A stretch of DNA of 64,000 nucleotides from Blastocystis sp. Blastoise (lineage: Eukaryota; Protista; Bigyra: Opalinata). The notes under the pieces are model-generated. The model saw only the letters and a list, made by a program, of their open reading frames with translations. It was not told where the DNA came from and made no database searches. Shown piece after piece: positions 14,929 to 30,466 of this stretch (its first letter is position 1; each line of letters opens with the position of its first letter). The position numbers and the translations under genes are program-made. The DNA lies in the NCBI GenBank assembly GCA_039096225.1, contig JBBPEB010000015.1:2046001-2110000 (forward strand), written 5' to 3'.

Positions 14929-15931
14929 ATGCAGAAGAGTATTCAGTTACCTATAGATAATAAAAGACCTGGTATTAAAATACATAAAAATTGTCTTTTT
15001 AAATGTTAGGACCACGAAGAAGTACTTGTCCATGGTGTTTTCAATTGTCGTGTAAACACTGTAGATGCTTAGGTTATGAAGGATGTGACCACAAACCTGG
15101 TGAAATGTGTACTAGAACCAAATACAATCGTCGTTTGGTTTGTAACTCCTGTGAACGACACAAACTGGCTAAAAAGTATTCATTATATGTTTGTTTATGA
15201 TTCTAGAACATTGTATTCATGAATATATCTTTTTCTGTAGAGATAAAAGTGTAGATGATTCCATGAGTATTATGACTGATAGTAAAACAGAGGCACCTAT
15301 GTCTGAATCAGGATCAAGAACACCTGCACAAAGTAGTATTACTCCTATAAACAAACAAGACACTAATCATTTGGTTTCAACTCAACCACCTCGTTTATTT
15401 GAACCTGATAAATTAGACTTTCCACCTCCACAACTACCTGTTAAACCAGTATATGTTTGGCATAGTCTTCATTGTCTCTTTCTTTTATTTTTCTTCATTT
15501 TTTTAATATTCTAATTATTTTGTTTGTGTTTTTTATGATAAATAATGTGTTTTCTCTATTAGCAATCGTATATAAAAGATGAATCGAATACATATCCATC
15601 TGTACTATCAAAAGATGGACAGTTATTTAATTATGATGGAAGTGTGAAACTAGATCACAAACCAATGCTCACTCAAAAAGGAACTATTTTATCATTTGAA
15701 AATCTCAATGATGTATATAGATGCTTTTATTTGGTTTTTTCTATATTTTTTTAATATTATAATATAATTTATTTGAATTGATTTTTATAGATCTTACTTG
15801 ATAATAAAAATGTCTCTCTCAATTCCATTGATACCTTAGAACGATTTAATGATTTTGATGTATATTTTTATACATTTATTTATATAATAACATCTTATTT
15901 TTATAGTTTACTCCTTTTGATCAAGAAATGG

Positions 15932-16000
<69 letters not shown>

Positions 16001-16355
16001 CTATTCGTTAATCATTTATTATATACTTTATAAATCACTATAATATATATATACTATTTCTATAGAATTATAGTAATTTCTCCTTATCCAGTAATATCAT
16101 TCCTCCAGCGATCACTTCGAAACGTCCTTATCAATCAAATAGTTCTCTATATAATAATAGTTATGGAGCACTAAATACTATGGCTCAAAATGTTGCAGCA
16201 CCTTTATATCCCGTGGGACAACCTACACAGAAAGGACAAAATGATGATATTACCATGAGAAACCAACATTCTTCAAGTATATATTTTATTTTATTTACAA
16301 ATGTATTAATCTTTGAGGATAAAAAATATATAACTATGTTATGCTTTTTATATTG

Positions 16356-16406
<51 letters not shown>

Positions 16407-16414
16407 GTTATATT

Positions 16415-16451
<37 letters not shown>

Positions 16452-17768
16452 TCAGCCTTCACCTGCTACCAGAGTGGCTCCAGTTCTTCCAAATCCTAAT
16501 AATTCCCACGGGAATCAGGATATTTATATATGTAATATTCCTGCTGCTATTCCTATTGTAGATAATATAGAACGATACGATTATATTCATATTAACGTCA
16601 AATACTGTAAATCACCTTTTGCGGTTATTCCTGTATATATATACTGTTTTATTATTATTATTATGTTTATTTTAGTTATTTTATACTATTTCTCTTATTT
16701 CTCTTATTTCCCTTATATTATTATTACTCTATTTATAATACTATTTCTACTCTACATACTTCCCTTAGGTGAATAAAGATATTGATACATTATCCTATAT
16801 ACGTCATTATATTGAAGAGAAACTATGGTCTGAATATCGTGATTTATCTTTTACATTTATAAGTCGTGACGGAGCAGATATATATCTATATCAAGAACCT
16901 TCAATTAAAGTTTTTGACCATGTTGTATATATATAGTTATAGTTTAAGTTATCATTATCTATATATTTTAATTTTTTTTTATAAATATTTTTTTTTATAA
17001 TTTTATTATTTGCTCCTATTATAGTTTCCAGTATTGCTATTATTTATTTATATATATAGGTAGATGAAGAATGGACTCATCATACCTATTATAAGATTAT
17101 ATTACGTCATCACTTATTTATTAATATACATTATAATAATGAAGTATATAAATATATTATTATTATTATATATATATTTGATTTATTGATATGTCTATAG
17201 CAAGATAAACATAAACGTCGTCGATTATTAGAAGGTGATGATGATAGTAAGAATAATAATACAAATAATAAGAATGAAGAATTTAAGAATACATTTACCC
17301 ACTTAGATGAAGAAAGCCAGTATTGGTGTGCTTGGAAGTTCTTTAATGATTATAATTATAATAGTTATAATGAGAAAGGAGAGAGTTTATTATATAAGAG
17401 TGTACAACGAGGGGATAGTACACTTTGCAATATTATGATCAAATATGGGGCAGATGTTAATTATGTGTATATATATATATTATATTTATATTATTTTTAT
17501 TATTAGTATTGTTTTTATATTATATTATATACTATTATATATATAGTAATAATAAAGGAGAAACATTATTACATATTGCAGCAAAGAATAATAATAAATC
17601 GTTATGTATGTTGTTTCTCTCTCTTCTATGGAGACGTAGCGTTGTTTTAGGGGGATATCCAGATTTACGCAGATTAGATAAGAATAACCGCGAATGTGCA
17701 GATGTATGTACAGATAGTAAAATAAAAGAATTAATTAGAGCATGTACTGATAGGTATATATATATATA

Positions 17769-17826
<58 letters not shown>

Positions 17827-18435
17827 CAGATATAAAGTGGTCACTGTTCAAAATTTAACTGGAAAAGAAACATTACATGGTATATATATATATTAATGAT
17901 ATGTTACTATAATATATTAATGATATCTTTTATAATATATTAATGATATCTTTTATAATATATTAATAATATCTTCTATAATATATTAATGATATCTTAT
18001 TATATATAGATATTCGATTAAAGTTATTATCAAATTCTTCACTTCAGGAACCAATCAAACAAGCCAAATTCATACTTCATGATACTATTATCTTTAAATA
18101 TCAAGAGAATGATTTTAATGCAGTAAGTGTAGCTATAAATCGTAATTGTTTTATTCTTTATGTTCCTCCTACTCAATATACTTTAAGTCAAATAGGAGTT
18201 AATTTAGCATCAACACAAACAGAGAGAGATGCATTGCTTCTTCTCTCTCAATCTCTTTCTTCTCTTTCTTTAAATCCTACAGATATTGTCAATCCTAATA
18301 GTAATAATAATATTATTAATAGTAATACTACTAATAATAATAGTTATAATCCATTTAATATATCTTCTATGAATAATATATCTCCTTCTCCAATGATTCC
18401 TCTATATATGCAACATCCTAAATCTAAAAATCTAG

Positions 18436-18471
<36 letters not shown>

Positions 18472-18608
18472 CTATTCATTTACCTGCCATGACACAAGTA
18501 CATTCTGTAGATATGTTTGGAAATGTAGTTCAACAACCATTACCGTTAAATCAAGAAGCACGTGCACAAATGGCAGATCAATATATTAATAATTGTTCAA
18601 TAGTCTAA
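14929..18608 (+). CDS. Ankyrin-repeat protein with N-terminal Cys/His-rich putative zinc-binding domain, about 14 exons
   Basis: N-terminal CPWCFQLSCKHCRCLGYEGCDHKPGEMC..CNSC; ankyrin repeats KGESLLYKSVQRGD..GADVN and KGETLLHIAAKNNN; stop at 18606-18608. Confidence 0.75.
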
Positions 18609-19352
18609 TTTTAATAATTAAAATCATTCTCTAATCTTTACTATATATATAAAGATATTTATAATTATTTTTTATTTTATAATTAACTACATTGTCTTAT
18701 TTCTTTTTCTTTGAATGAATAATATTCTATATTTATATATAATTGAATATACCTGACATTCTCAGTATACTCTGTTAGTACTTCTTTATATATATTCTAT
18801 CTTGGTGTGTTCTCTGCTTCTTTTTTAACATTTTTTTTTGCACTTTTTTCAATTTGAAAACCTATTATTTTCACTTTTTTAATATTATTTATTTAAATAT
18901 AATATATTATTTGTTTCAATATAATAATAAAACATATTTCCTATGAAATTGTAAATTATATCAATTTATTTTATTTCTGTTTTGTTTTTATTATTTCATA
19001 CTATTTTTTATTATATATTTTATGATATATTTATTCTTGGAATTATCATAGGAATATATGCTGATATATATATAATATATTCTTTTCATTTATAATTGAA
19101 ATGTTGTGAGATTTATTTTAATTCGATTTATATGTATTAAAATAATTATATATTGTTAATTGAGACTGAGTAACAATTGTTTTAGACTCCCCTAATATTG
19201 ATATCACAACAAAAAACCAATGTAATTCTTTTATTTCTTAATAGCAACAAAGAAAAAACAAATATATAATTTAAATAAAAGTGATTTAAAAACAAATAAA
19301 GTGGTTATACAATAAAAAAAAAGAATAATGAAAATAGAGTTTCATATTTTGT

Positions 19353-20116
19353 TTACTTTCTATTTCCCTTTCGTTTCTTTGATTTTCCTTTTCCTTTTCT
19401 ACCTTTTCCTTTCTTCTTACGTTCATTAATCTTAATTTTTATTTGAGCTATTTCCTTATCACTCAATCTATATAAAGGACATATATTCATATTCTATATA
19501 ATCTAATATTGACAGAAGTCATAATAATAATTATTTAACAAAATAGTACTTGATAATATATCTAATTCTATTTTATAATTATATAATTCTATATATACGT
19601 GATAGAATTTAATTTATCTTGTTCTTCTTTTGTTAGATTATCAAAGATTGATGCCTTTTTATCTTCTTCTTCTGGATACGTTTCTTCAGAATAATCATCT
19701 GACTCTTCTTTATCATTAGAATCATCTTTTTCATTCAATAGTTCTTCATCAGATTTATCAATAGACTCATTATCTTCACTATCCTTTGTGTCATCTGTAT
19801 ATTGAACAGTTACAGTAACGTTATCTTCTCCAAATACATTCTTTGTGAAGTCACTTGTTATGTTTTCAGAAGATACAACTATTTTGTTATTACCAAAGGG
19901 GTATTTGGATTCAAGTTCAAGCTCTTTTTCTCTTTGTTTCAATTCTCTACGATGAGAAAATTTAGTTGCCATAGCTTCTTGCTTCTTCTTAATTAATGCC
20001 TTCTTGTATCCTTCTAATCTTCTATTTTGTTTTCTCTCATGAAATCCAAGAAGATATTCTTTTCTTGCTTCTTCATCGTAAACAGCATTTATAGAACTTT
20101 TATGTTTCTTTACCAT
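19353..20116 (-). CDS. NOL12: Nucleolar protein 12 / Rrp17 (Nop25 family), 2 exons
   Basis: VYDEEARKEYLLGFHERKQNRR signature, acidic middle, Lys-rich tail. Confidence 0.85.
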
Positions 20117-20403
20117 GGCTTATTAGTTTTATAAATAAAGAAAATAAATGGTTGTTTTCTTTCAAATTTTATTTCAAAGTTTATTATTCTTTTAATCTAA
20201 GGAGAATAAAATTTATAAAAAATATATTTTTATGTGATTTGCATAAATGTTATTATTTTAATAATGGTTAATGAAATATTTTGTTGAACTCATTGAATGA
20301 TTTGATATATGAATGTGAATATACATAACAATAATTCAAAACATGAGTACATAAATGGATACATAGAAATATATATATAATAAATAAAGAAGAGAAAAAG
20401 AAT

Positions 20404-20842
20404 TTAAAAAGCAGAAGCATTAAGAATGGTGTTTAAACCTTGGTTAAGAGTAGCTTCAAGTAATTCAGAAGTTTCATTATCAACATGAAGTTTGTGATTT
20501 CTTTTTCCTGCAATAGATTCTTGTTCTTCTATTTCTTGTTCTTTATCATTCTTTTTATCCTCTGTTATCTCTTTATTCATATCTTTATTATTATCATTTT
20601 CTAATAACTTTCTAAAATCTGATAATTCTGTATTTAAAGATTCAATTAAATTCAATGACTTTTCTTCACTCTTTTCAAAATCATCACATACTAAACCTTC
20701 CTATATAGTAATATTAATAATATTAATAATAATAATAATAATAATAATCATACAAGCCATTCTGTTCTGTGTAAGCGTTTTAATACTTTTTCATCAGGCT
20801 AATAAATAATAATAATAATAATAATAAATAATAATAATAATA

Positions 20843-20882
<40 letters not shown>

Positions 20883-20960
20883 TATACTTCTTCTAGTGTC
20901 CATTGAATAGGAAGCGCATAATATTCTTGTCCCAAACCTCTCATCTTTTGCTATATATTA

Positions 20961-21040
<80 letters not shown>

Positions 21041-21877
21041 TATATATATATACTTGAGTAGTTGGTTTCTTTAAATGTCCTTTATTCGATGTAATCTGTA
21101 TAGTTTGTTTCTTTCCCGGGAAAAAAGAGGCCATACCGCCACCCATAAGTCTGAAGGCTTCAATAACAACATGTCCCTTAACACTTTGAATTGTATCTAT
21201 AACTACACCCACACATCGCTTATGCTGATTCTCAAACATCTATATATATATATATTATTGAAACGAACCTATAATATATTCAAGGTATTCAATATAAATA
21301 TAAATATAAATATAAATATAAATAAATATATATATATATTAAAAAATAAAAATAAAAATAAAAACAATATCTATAAAATAAAAACCTTTTGAGTTTCAAC
21401 ATCAATACCCGAAAACCAACAACCGAAACCAGGATGAGAGTGATACCAACCAACAACACTTTCTTTTCTAATTAAACAAACCATAAAGTTAATGATATAC
21501 AAACAAAAAAAAATATATATATAAAATATAATTATAATAATTATAAGAGATTTTCCATGATTTTTAGAAGGAATAAAAAAAATTCTTTTATATAATATAT
21601 ACCTTTCGGTTTGTTGTAATAATTCGAGCATATCAGTTTGAAATTTTTCATCAATTGTTTCAACAGAAGCATTAGTACCTAATTGTGGACAGGCAAATAC
21701 ATCTACAACATTAATAGTATAATCATCTACAAATTCTCCAAGCATTAAACCCATAACTTCAATAGGAATACCTGCACGACCATGTTTTAACATTTTAAGT
21801 AATGCTAAAGACGAAATGTTCACAGTTTCAGAAGTATCCTTCCTTACTGTATTATTAGCTCCCATCATCATATTCAT
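20404..21877 (-). CDS. RPN11: 26S proteasome lid deubiquitinase RPN11/PSMD14, 6 exons
   Basis: [26 protein letters not shown]; intact JAMM motif [17 protein letters not shown]. Confidence 0.95.
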
Positions 21878-22677
21878 TTATGTTCTCTTTTCAGTAATAT
21901 AAATTAAAAGTTGCGAATAAACTAAAGTGAATTTTCTAATAAAAGAAAAGAAGTAATTGGAAAAACACTGATTCCAAAGGGAAGTCAGTTTTTTAAAGTA
22001 GAAAAATGATTTTTTTCATTTCAAATATAAGATTTCATTTGTGATCATTTTATTTCTTCTGTATTCATTGTTAAATGAAAATAAATCATTCATTATATAA
22101 TAAACAAGGAAAACTGTAAAAATAATATTTATATTTAGTATTTAAGTTGACATTTACTTTTTTATATTTTTTTAAGTTTTTCCTTTTTGATGGTATTGAT
22201 GTCTACTATTTATTCAACGTGAACTGTATATAATATGAATACTTATAAACAGTGATTCTGTGAAAAATATTGTAATAAAGTGATGAATGTTGCGTTCTTA
22301 TGAATTTCTCGAATTCAATGATATTCTCATTATTGCTTGAACAGCGAAAGTTTACGATTATGGATAATAACTACTCATAAAAAGTTGCTAGTAAGTGATT
22401 GTTTTAATTTCTTCAGATAAAAGTTATGCAATTCATTTTTGGCTATTTATTCACGTAAAACATCAAGCAACGAGTTCTTAGATATATTCCTTTTACAAGA
22501 AAAATGACATTTTTAAGGTTTAATGAAGCTTATGAGGATAATTTATAACAAATATATTGTATCTCATAACAAAATACAACAGAAGAGACACCAAAAACAT
22601 TTATATTAACATAGGAAAATAATTTTTTTTATTTTTTAGAAACAATAATATAATTTTTCAAAAAGAGTTAAAACTAT

Positions 22678-23799
22678 TTATTTTGTTAAACACATAGTAA
22701 CAATAGTAAGACACCATAACAATAATAATATACTATCCATTGAATAATATAGAGGAGTAATATATATTTTATTTGAAAGATTCTAAATATATATAGATAT
22801 GCAAGTTATGTTATATAATAGTATATAAAATAATTATATAGAATATAAGTTTAATATAGAATATGATAAAAAAGAATTATATTAGAAAAATAAGATATGT
22901 TGTTTATATGTTTATATCCAAAAAATAAATATATATGTATATACTTGTTCTAGGATAATATAAGGGAAGCACATATGAAGAAGATAGAGAAGAAGTGTAG
23001 TAATAGATGCTGATTTGAAGTCACGATTTAATAAGAAACGAGCAGCTAAGAAGGAATAAAAGAATAATAAGGAATAAAAGAATAAGAGGAATAAAAGAAT
23101 AATAAGGAATAAAAGAATAAGAAGGAATAAAAGAATAAGAAGGAATAAAAGAATAATAAGGAATAAGATAATAATAAGGAATAAAAGAATAATAAGGAAT
23201 AAAAGAATAAGAATAAAAAAATACATGATATATATATTTAAAATAACATAAAAACGATAACAATATTATTAATAAAAAAGAGAATAATAAATAACGATTT
23301 AGTTAACATACAATATATATAGAAAAGAAGCACCATAATGATATAGATTTTTTTTGTTTCGTCATCGTCAAATGAAAATAATGTCAAAAGATTTGCATTC
23401 TTTCTATATATAAATAAAGACATAAGCAAGAATCCACATACGTTAAAAATGAAAAAAGACCAGTAATTTGAAGGCAGTATCCAATAAAAACGTTGTAAAA
23501 TACATCTATAGAGAATTATTTTTATATTAAAGGAATGAAGAAGATATAGACATACAAGCTAAGATAAGAAACAGACCTATTCCACAGTACTTTTTAAATG
23601 ACTTGACAATAATGTCTCGAATACACATGCAGATGACAACAACGTTATAAATCGCAAGTATAAATGTGAATACCATTGAAATAACATATAAATAAGGGTA
23701 GATTCCCTCTAAAAACTCCACTTGTTGTGGCTAGATTATTAGAAATTATAATAAAATAACATGTACAGTTAAATAGTCATAAATATCACCATAATCCAT
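22678..23799 (-). CDS. Small multi-pass membrane protein of unknown function
   Basis: Short GT-AG introns join hydrophobic exons (FLEGIYPYLYVISMVFTFILAIYNVVVICMC...SILLLLWCLTIVTMCLTK*). No family recognised; one internal junction is uncertain. Confidence 0.5.
23050..23216. repeat. About 21-nt minisatellite in an intron of the membrane protein gene
   Basis: Unit aaggaataaaagaataa(t/g)aag, about 7-8 copies. Confidence 0.85.
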
Positions 23800-24439
23800 T
23801 GTTGAAAGAAGTAATTAATAATTATTGACGTTTTAATTCAATTATAAATAGAAAGAAAACTGGAAGAAAATTGCTTTTTGGAAAGTGGTGGGAAAACATA
23901 TGATTCTTATAGAAATTCTAGTTCTTTTTTATGTAAGTTTCATTATGAATCAATTCTATATTTATTTATATGCTTGTCTGCTTATGGAAAGAATATCTAA
24001 TTATAAAAATTGAAAAAAATTGAATAATGGAATGAATTCTGATCAAGATGAGTTTGATTTTATTGTAAAATTCATGTTTAAGTTAATCAACAAAGATTAT
24101 ATTGTCTATAAAGAATGAATTTGAGGATAGTCAAAGCAATAAGCAAAATAAAATGTGATTTATTCTTTTTTTTGGGCCAAAAGAATGTTATCAATTAATG
24201 GTGACACTCTATATATGTATTCAAAGAAGAAATTCATATTCCTAAGAGAAAGATATCTCTGTTAGTGGTTGAAAGTGGAGTATTTTTAGTTTTTATTGAG
24301 TTTAAACAATTATATACAATATAAACAAACAAAAACCATATACAAAAATAAAGCAAATTATAATGAACTATACTATTTAAACTAATAATAGGAATAACAA
24401 TATATGGATATATAATATATATAAAAAGAGACAATACAA

Positions 24440-25891
24440 TTAAAATAATATTTTTAAATTCTTTATAAATGAGAGAGAGATCGTTTAATCATGACACTAG
24501 ATCCATATTCATCATATTGTTCTTTTGTTACACATCCAGATAAGAAATTAGGCTATAGAATATATTTATTATGTATATTATTATTTAATTAAAGAATATT
24601 TAAAAGTGATACTATAAATATATATATTATATAATTATATTATTATTAAAAATGAAATAGAACAAAAATAAATTAGAAAAAAAAAATGAAATAGAATAAA
24701 TAGAATAAAGAATAACAAATAAATAGAATAAAAAATAAAAAAAACTAGAATAAAATAAATAAATAAATAAATATACATTAGAAGCAACATAACTACCTCC
24801 AATATAAGAAGCATATTGGCGATCTTTGGGTTCTGTGACATTTACATCAATAGATTTCTCTGCAATAACTTCAGCACTGCTTAATTTGGATGAAATTTCT
24901 TGACGATTACTTTCAATTCTTGCTTTTACAGAACGATTAATATCTCTTTGTAATCTTTTACCAAATCCCTATATAATATTATAAATATAATAATAATAAT
25001 AATAATTATTATTATTATAATTATAAAAAACTCATTTAAAACAAAGATGTATATATAATATCGACAAGACAAATGAAGAATAATGAATTTTTAATCATAT
25101 TTATGACAATAATAATATTAGTAAAAATATACATATATATACTTTAAATAGACTACTTCCTCCAGCAATAACAATATTATTATATAAACTTCTTCTGGTA
25201 TCAATAGGACACTTAAGTATACAATTATCCACAATAGTAGAGAGAGGCTCTGTATATTCAGGAGAAATAATCTCAGGATTAAAATATAATTCAGGAGCTA
25301 AAAATTGTTCATAACCAACATCTATACTCCATAACTATATATATTATGTATAAATCATTAAAAATAATATTTAATAATATTTAATAAATATAATAAATAT
25401 AATAAATATAATAAATATAATAAATATAATAAATATAATAATAAATATAATAAATAATAATAAATAATAATAAATAATAATAAATATAATATATATAATA
25501 AATATAATAATATAATAAATAGAATAAAATAAACAATATACTTGTTTTGTACGAGTAGCTCTGCTTGAATAAGTTTGGAATTTGTCTTTATTTGAATCAT
25601 ATTTCTTGAATTCTTTCCATATATTATCAGCACTATAACAATAATGTTCTTTAATATATCTACAAGTATCCATCATATCTTCAGGAGGTATCTTTTCATT
25701 TCGTAAACGTAATTGTTTATGTATAAATGCAGTTATATCCTTTCCACCTATAGGAAGTACACGAGAAGAAGAAGATAGTACATACCCTTCTGCCTACAGA
25801 TTTATTATTATTATTATATATATGTAATATAAATTATAAATATCTTCAAATAGAAAAACAATTTACAAAAACAAATATAGGAATATTCAAA

Positions 25892-25939
<48 letters not shown>

Positions 25940-27051
25940 AAAAAAAAAAAAAAAAAAAAAGTAAAAAAAAAACAAAAAACAAAAAAAAATAGACTATATA
26001 CAATAAAAATAGATAAAAATATAGACTAATAGATACATACAACAGGAATAACCGTGGTACCTCCTTCACCAGCATCAACAATACATCCAGTCATTGTGGT
26101 CTAGAGATAGATAGATAGATAAATAGATAGAAAAGTGAGATATAATAACAATATATATATATAGAAATGAAAAAAAATAAAGTGACTATCTATACTATAA
26201 TAAAAAAAATAAATAAATAAATATATATATATATAATATATATATTATAAAAGCAAAACATACATTAGTAGCAGTATGAGAAGCATAGAGACATAATACA
26301 GCTTGAGGAGCCATATAAAGGGCAGGAACATTAAACGACTCAAACATAATTTCTGCAGTAAACTCCTTATTTTCCTATAATGACAGAAATTATAAAGTTT
26401 TACTATTATAATTATTATTAAAATTAATATTAAGTATATAATTAATAATATAAATAACATAAATAAATAACATAAATAAATAACATAAATTAATAATATA
26501 AATAACATAATATAAATAAATAAATAACATAAATAAATATATAACATAAATAATAAAAATAAACATACTAAAGGATTATTAAAAGGTTCAGTTAATAGAA
26601 TTGGATGTTCTGAAGGATCACAACGAAGTAAATGATAAATTGATCTTTGCCATAATTTTTCCATATGATCCCAGTTCTGTATGATACCATGACTTATAGG
26701 GTAATTGACAAGATAATCTGGGTTTTGAATGGCATCTGATCCAATTACAAAATCAATATCTTCTAAATATTCATTTCTTTTTGTACCCGAACGAATCTAT
26801 AGAAATATAGAAATATATATTATAAATGAAATATATCAAATTGGGAAAAGAAATAAAGATTTACAGTAGAGAGTTGAGAACGGAGACCAATTGCAGTAGG
26901 AAACACATAGTCTGGTTCGAAATTAGAGGCAAACCCTATTTTCGTTAAACTATGATGAATAAAAACATAAGAATTGAGTGATTGCAGAAGAAATGCATAT
27001 AAAAAGATACCCAGTACCATTATCAATAACTAAAGGAGTTTCAAGAGACAT
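24440..27051 (-). CDS. ARP3: Actin-related protein 3 (Arp2/3 complex), 9 exons
   Basis: [62 protein letters not shown] are Arp3-type motifs. Confidence 0.88.
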
Positions 27052-28023
27052 GAATTATTACTCTCTTTATATACAAATTATAAAATCAGGAAATAAAAGG
27101 ATATCTTAATAGAAAGAAGATTATTTTTTTCAAAAACAAAAACGGTTTTTTCCATGGGAATATCCTTTTTTCTTGAGGATTGTGCAAACTGAAAAGATAT
27201 TCAGACTTTTTTTATATAGGTGAATTTTTAAAAGCATATATTCTTTAAAAAAGAGGTGGGTAGATTCAATAATTACGGGAACAATCAGAATATCACTGAA
27301 GATATGTTGCTTTTCATGGTTTTTCCTCATTATTGTTCGCTGATTATTACAGTCTTTATATGTAATGTTATAAGTTTTAAATAATTATAATTCATTGTAA
27401 TTTATGTGATATCACATCGTGAGCATAAATGAAGATGCCATCTTTTTTATATGAAGTTACTTTTATTTTAATTGCATAAAATGAGAGAAATTCGACTCAA
27501 TTCGTTAGGAAAATATTGCTATTATGCTAAAAAGGTATATGCATATATTAGGATCATCTTTTTGAGTTTTTGTTTATATCATAAATGCTTTATTTTTTGC
27601 ATATTATTAGTTAGAGTAAGTGATAAATTGTATGAAGTATAAAAATATAAAAATGATACGTTATCCATAAAGAAAAATCAATTTTCTAAAAACTGATAAT
27701 CCATTCTCTGTTAACCTCTCTATTTCTATTTAACCATAAATTACAGTATTCAATGAATATGAGTGACAAAAATCATATAAAGAGCTGCCAAAACGATTAT
27801 TTCCAAAATGAGTTTATACTATAAACTGATTATTATTTTTTTTATACTGATTCTTTTATGTTTACCACGGTTTTCTTGGTTATTCGTTTTTCTAAAATGA
27901 TATTCTTTTTGAGTTTACTATATTAGTTATAGAAGTTCATTGCTTCTTTGTAAATTCTTTTGATTGTATATAAAATCAATCTTAAATAATATGTTTTATA
28001 TTATAGAAAAGTGTATTTGAACA

Positions 28024-29346
28024 ATGCCGTTAGAACATACAATTGCTTGGTAAATTTCTATTTTTTTTATTCAATTTAACTTATGTAGTATTGATAACTC
28101 TGCGTATACAATAAATGAAGATGTGTTTCCAAGTCGTCTCAGTGCTCAATTAGATACAATTACGGATCTCTTTAATGTAAAGCTAGATGACAATCCAGAA
28201 AGTACATTTGGTATCATATCTATGGGAGATGGAAAGTAATAGCTATTTCTTTAATAATTCTAATATATTTTTAGAATACTATATATATAATATATTGAAT
28301 AAATTATTCTATTTTTATATTTATACTTATAATAATATATATAGAGCTACTTTACGTTGTGCATTAACTAAAGAACGTTTTCGAATTGGTGGTTGTATGA
28401 GAAATATTAAAAGTCAAGGGAAATTCGATTTCGTTAAAGGAATATATATGGCTCAAGTATGTATTGTTTATAGAATATTATTTTTATATTATGTGATTCT
28501 TATATAATATGATTTTTATATAATATGATTTTTATATAATATGTTTTTTATATAATATGATTTTTATATAATATGATTTTATATATCATTTATTTTATAT
28601 ATCATTTATTTTATTATATGTATATATATATATAGTTAGCATTAAAACACAGACAGGGTACAACTGGTGAAAATAAAATATTAGCTTTCGTTGCTTCTCC
28701 TATTAATATATCTATGATGGATTTAGAAATGTATATATATATATTATATATATATATTATTAATCATTTTTTATGTTAATCAAATTGTTTGTATTATTGT
28801 ATACTCTATATTATATTATATATATAGTCTTGCTAAACAAGTTAATAAATCGAATTATCATATTGATATTGTTAGTTGTGGGGAAACGGAACACAATAGA
28901 ACACAATTACACAGATTTATGGATATTGTTAATTCTGAAAGAACAAGTTCTGACTTATGTACTTTAATAGAAGTTGATCATAATGATAATTTTGAGTTTA
29001 AACTTCATAGTAGTCCAATATTTAATAATCTTGGGAATGCTTATAATAATGATATGGATGATGATTTAGCGATGGCTTTAGCTCTCTCTAAACAAACCTA
29101 TATGGAGGTATATATATAGTAATCATAATAATAATAATAATAATATATATATAGGAAACCGGTATTCAATTAAATGATCATCAAATTAAAGGTATTTATT
29201 ATTATATATAATAATCTTATATATATATATATTATTATTATTATATATATAGATACGAATATTACTCCAGTCTCAGATGCTCCTATTATTAAACAAGAAC
29301 CTGCTCCTTCTGATTCTGTCCCTTCGTCAGTTCCTAATACTACACA

Positions 29347-29391
<45 letters not shown>

Positions 29392-29685
29392 CACTATCAT
29401 TATAGTTAATAATATATATCAATAATTATTATTTATATAATAATAATAATAATAATATATATGTATATATGTATATATATATAGATGCCCCTGAAGTAAT
29501 GGAGATTATTAAGGAGTTATATGGTGATGATATCGACTTTAATCATCTTCCTGATGATATCTATGTATATATATATAGTATAGTTTAATATATAGTATAA
29601 CATATATATATATATATAGGATTGTTGTGTAGAAATGGGTTTATTGCCTCCTCGTGAAAAGAAAGAAGAGAAAAAAGATTCTTAA
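28024..29685 (+). CDS. RPN10: 26S proteasome ubiquitin receptor RPN10/PSMD4 (vWA + UIM)
   Basis: MPLEHTIACIDNS..PSRLSAQ..NPESTFGIISM, AQLALKHRQ, UIM DDDLAMALALS. Confidence 0.9.
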
Positions 29686-29896
29686 CTATAATTATAACTT
29701 ATAAAAATATTTTTATTTAATCATTTTTAATTATATATATATCATTAAAATCTTTGTTTTTTCTTGTTTAAAAAGTGTTCATTTAAGAATTTATTTTAAT
29801 TATATTTAAATGCATATATACAATAACAAAACAAATAACATAAACAAGAGTTTTCACGGGATCTAATAACTAATATATCATTTTATATAGATATTC

Positions 29897-30184
29897 TTAA
29901 TTCTTAAGATAAAGATCAATTCCTTCAGTAGGAACAGGTGTATCGATAGATTCTATTAATAAACCATTACTATTAAATCCCTTACAGTGACTATCTTCAC
30001 TACATATAAAAGCCATTACTTTAATATCCTTAGTCCATGTAGCAAAATAACCAGCTACACTCATATTCTTCATCTTCTTATAAGACTTAATAGGTTCTTC
30101 AATATATTTATTTTCTATTTCTTTAGAAATTAAATAACTATCACCAATTGGTTCATTAGGATATTCCTTACCCTATAAATAATA

Positions 30185-30221
<37 letters not shown>

Positions 30222-30395
30222 TATAATAAATAATAATATATACATCATTATCCCATTGTACGCCCATTTCGATAACCTTTCCATAATATTCACTCCAATC
30301 GATACTCTTACCTTCCTTTATATACTTAAGAGCAGTCTCAAAGAAATAACTCCAACGACCATAATAATAGGTACCTATATATAATAATAATAATA

Positions 30396-30466
<71 letters not shown>

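Noticed and set aside
23050-23216. Regularly spaced repeats resembling a CRISPR array (also 62410-62630)
   Set aside because: They are head-to-tail minisatellites without unique spacers, in a eukaryotic intron context with no cas genes.
23506-23555. Possible AT-AG intron (ATATCTTC) in the membrane protein gene
   Set aside because: A canonical GTATGT donor a few bases upstream gives a consistent reading frame through the next two exons.
25889-25990. Long A-rich tract resembling a retroelement poly(A) tail
   Set aside because: It is a T-rich stretch inside an ARP3 intron, with no element body or target-site duplication.
26950-27010. ARP3 first intron with a U12-like donor GTATCTTTT
   Set aside because: There is no CCTTRAY-like branch site at the right distance from the AG, so it is treated as U2. 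A converted U12 intron cannot be excluded.
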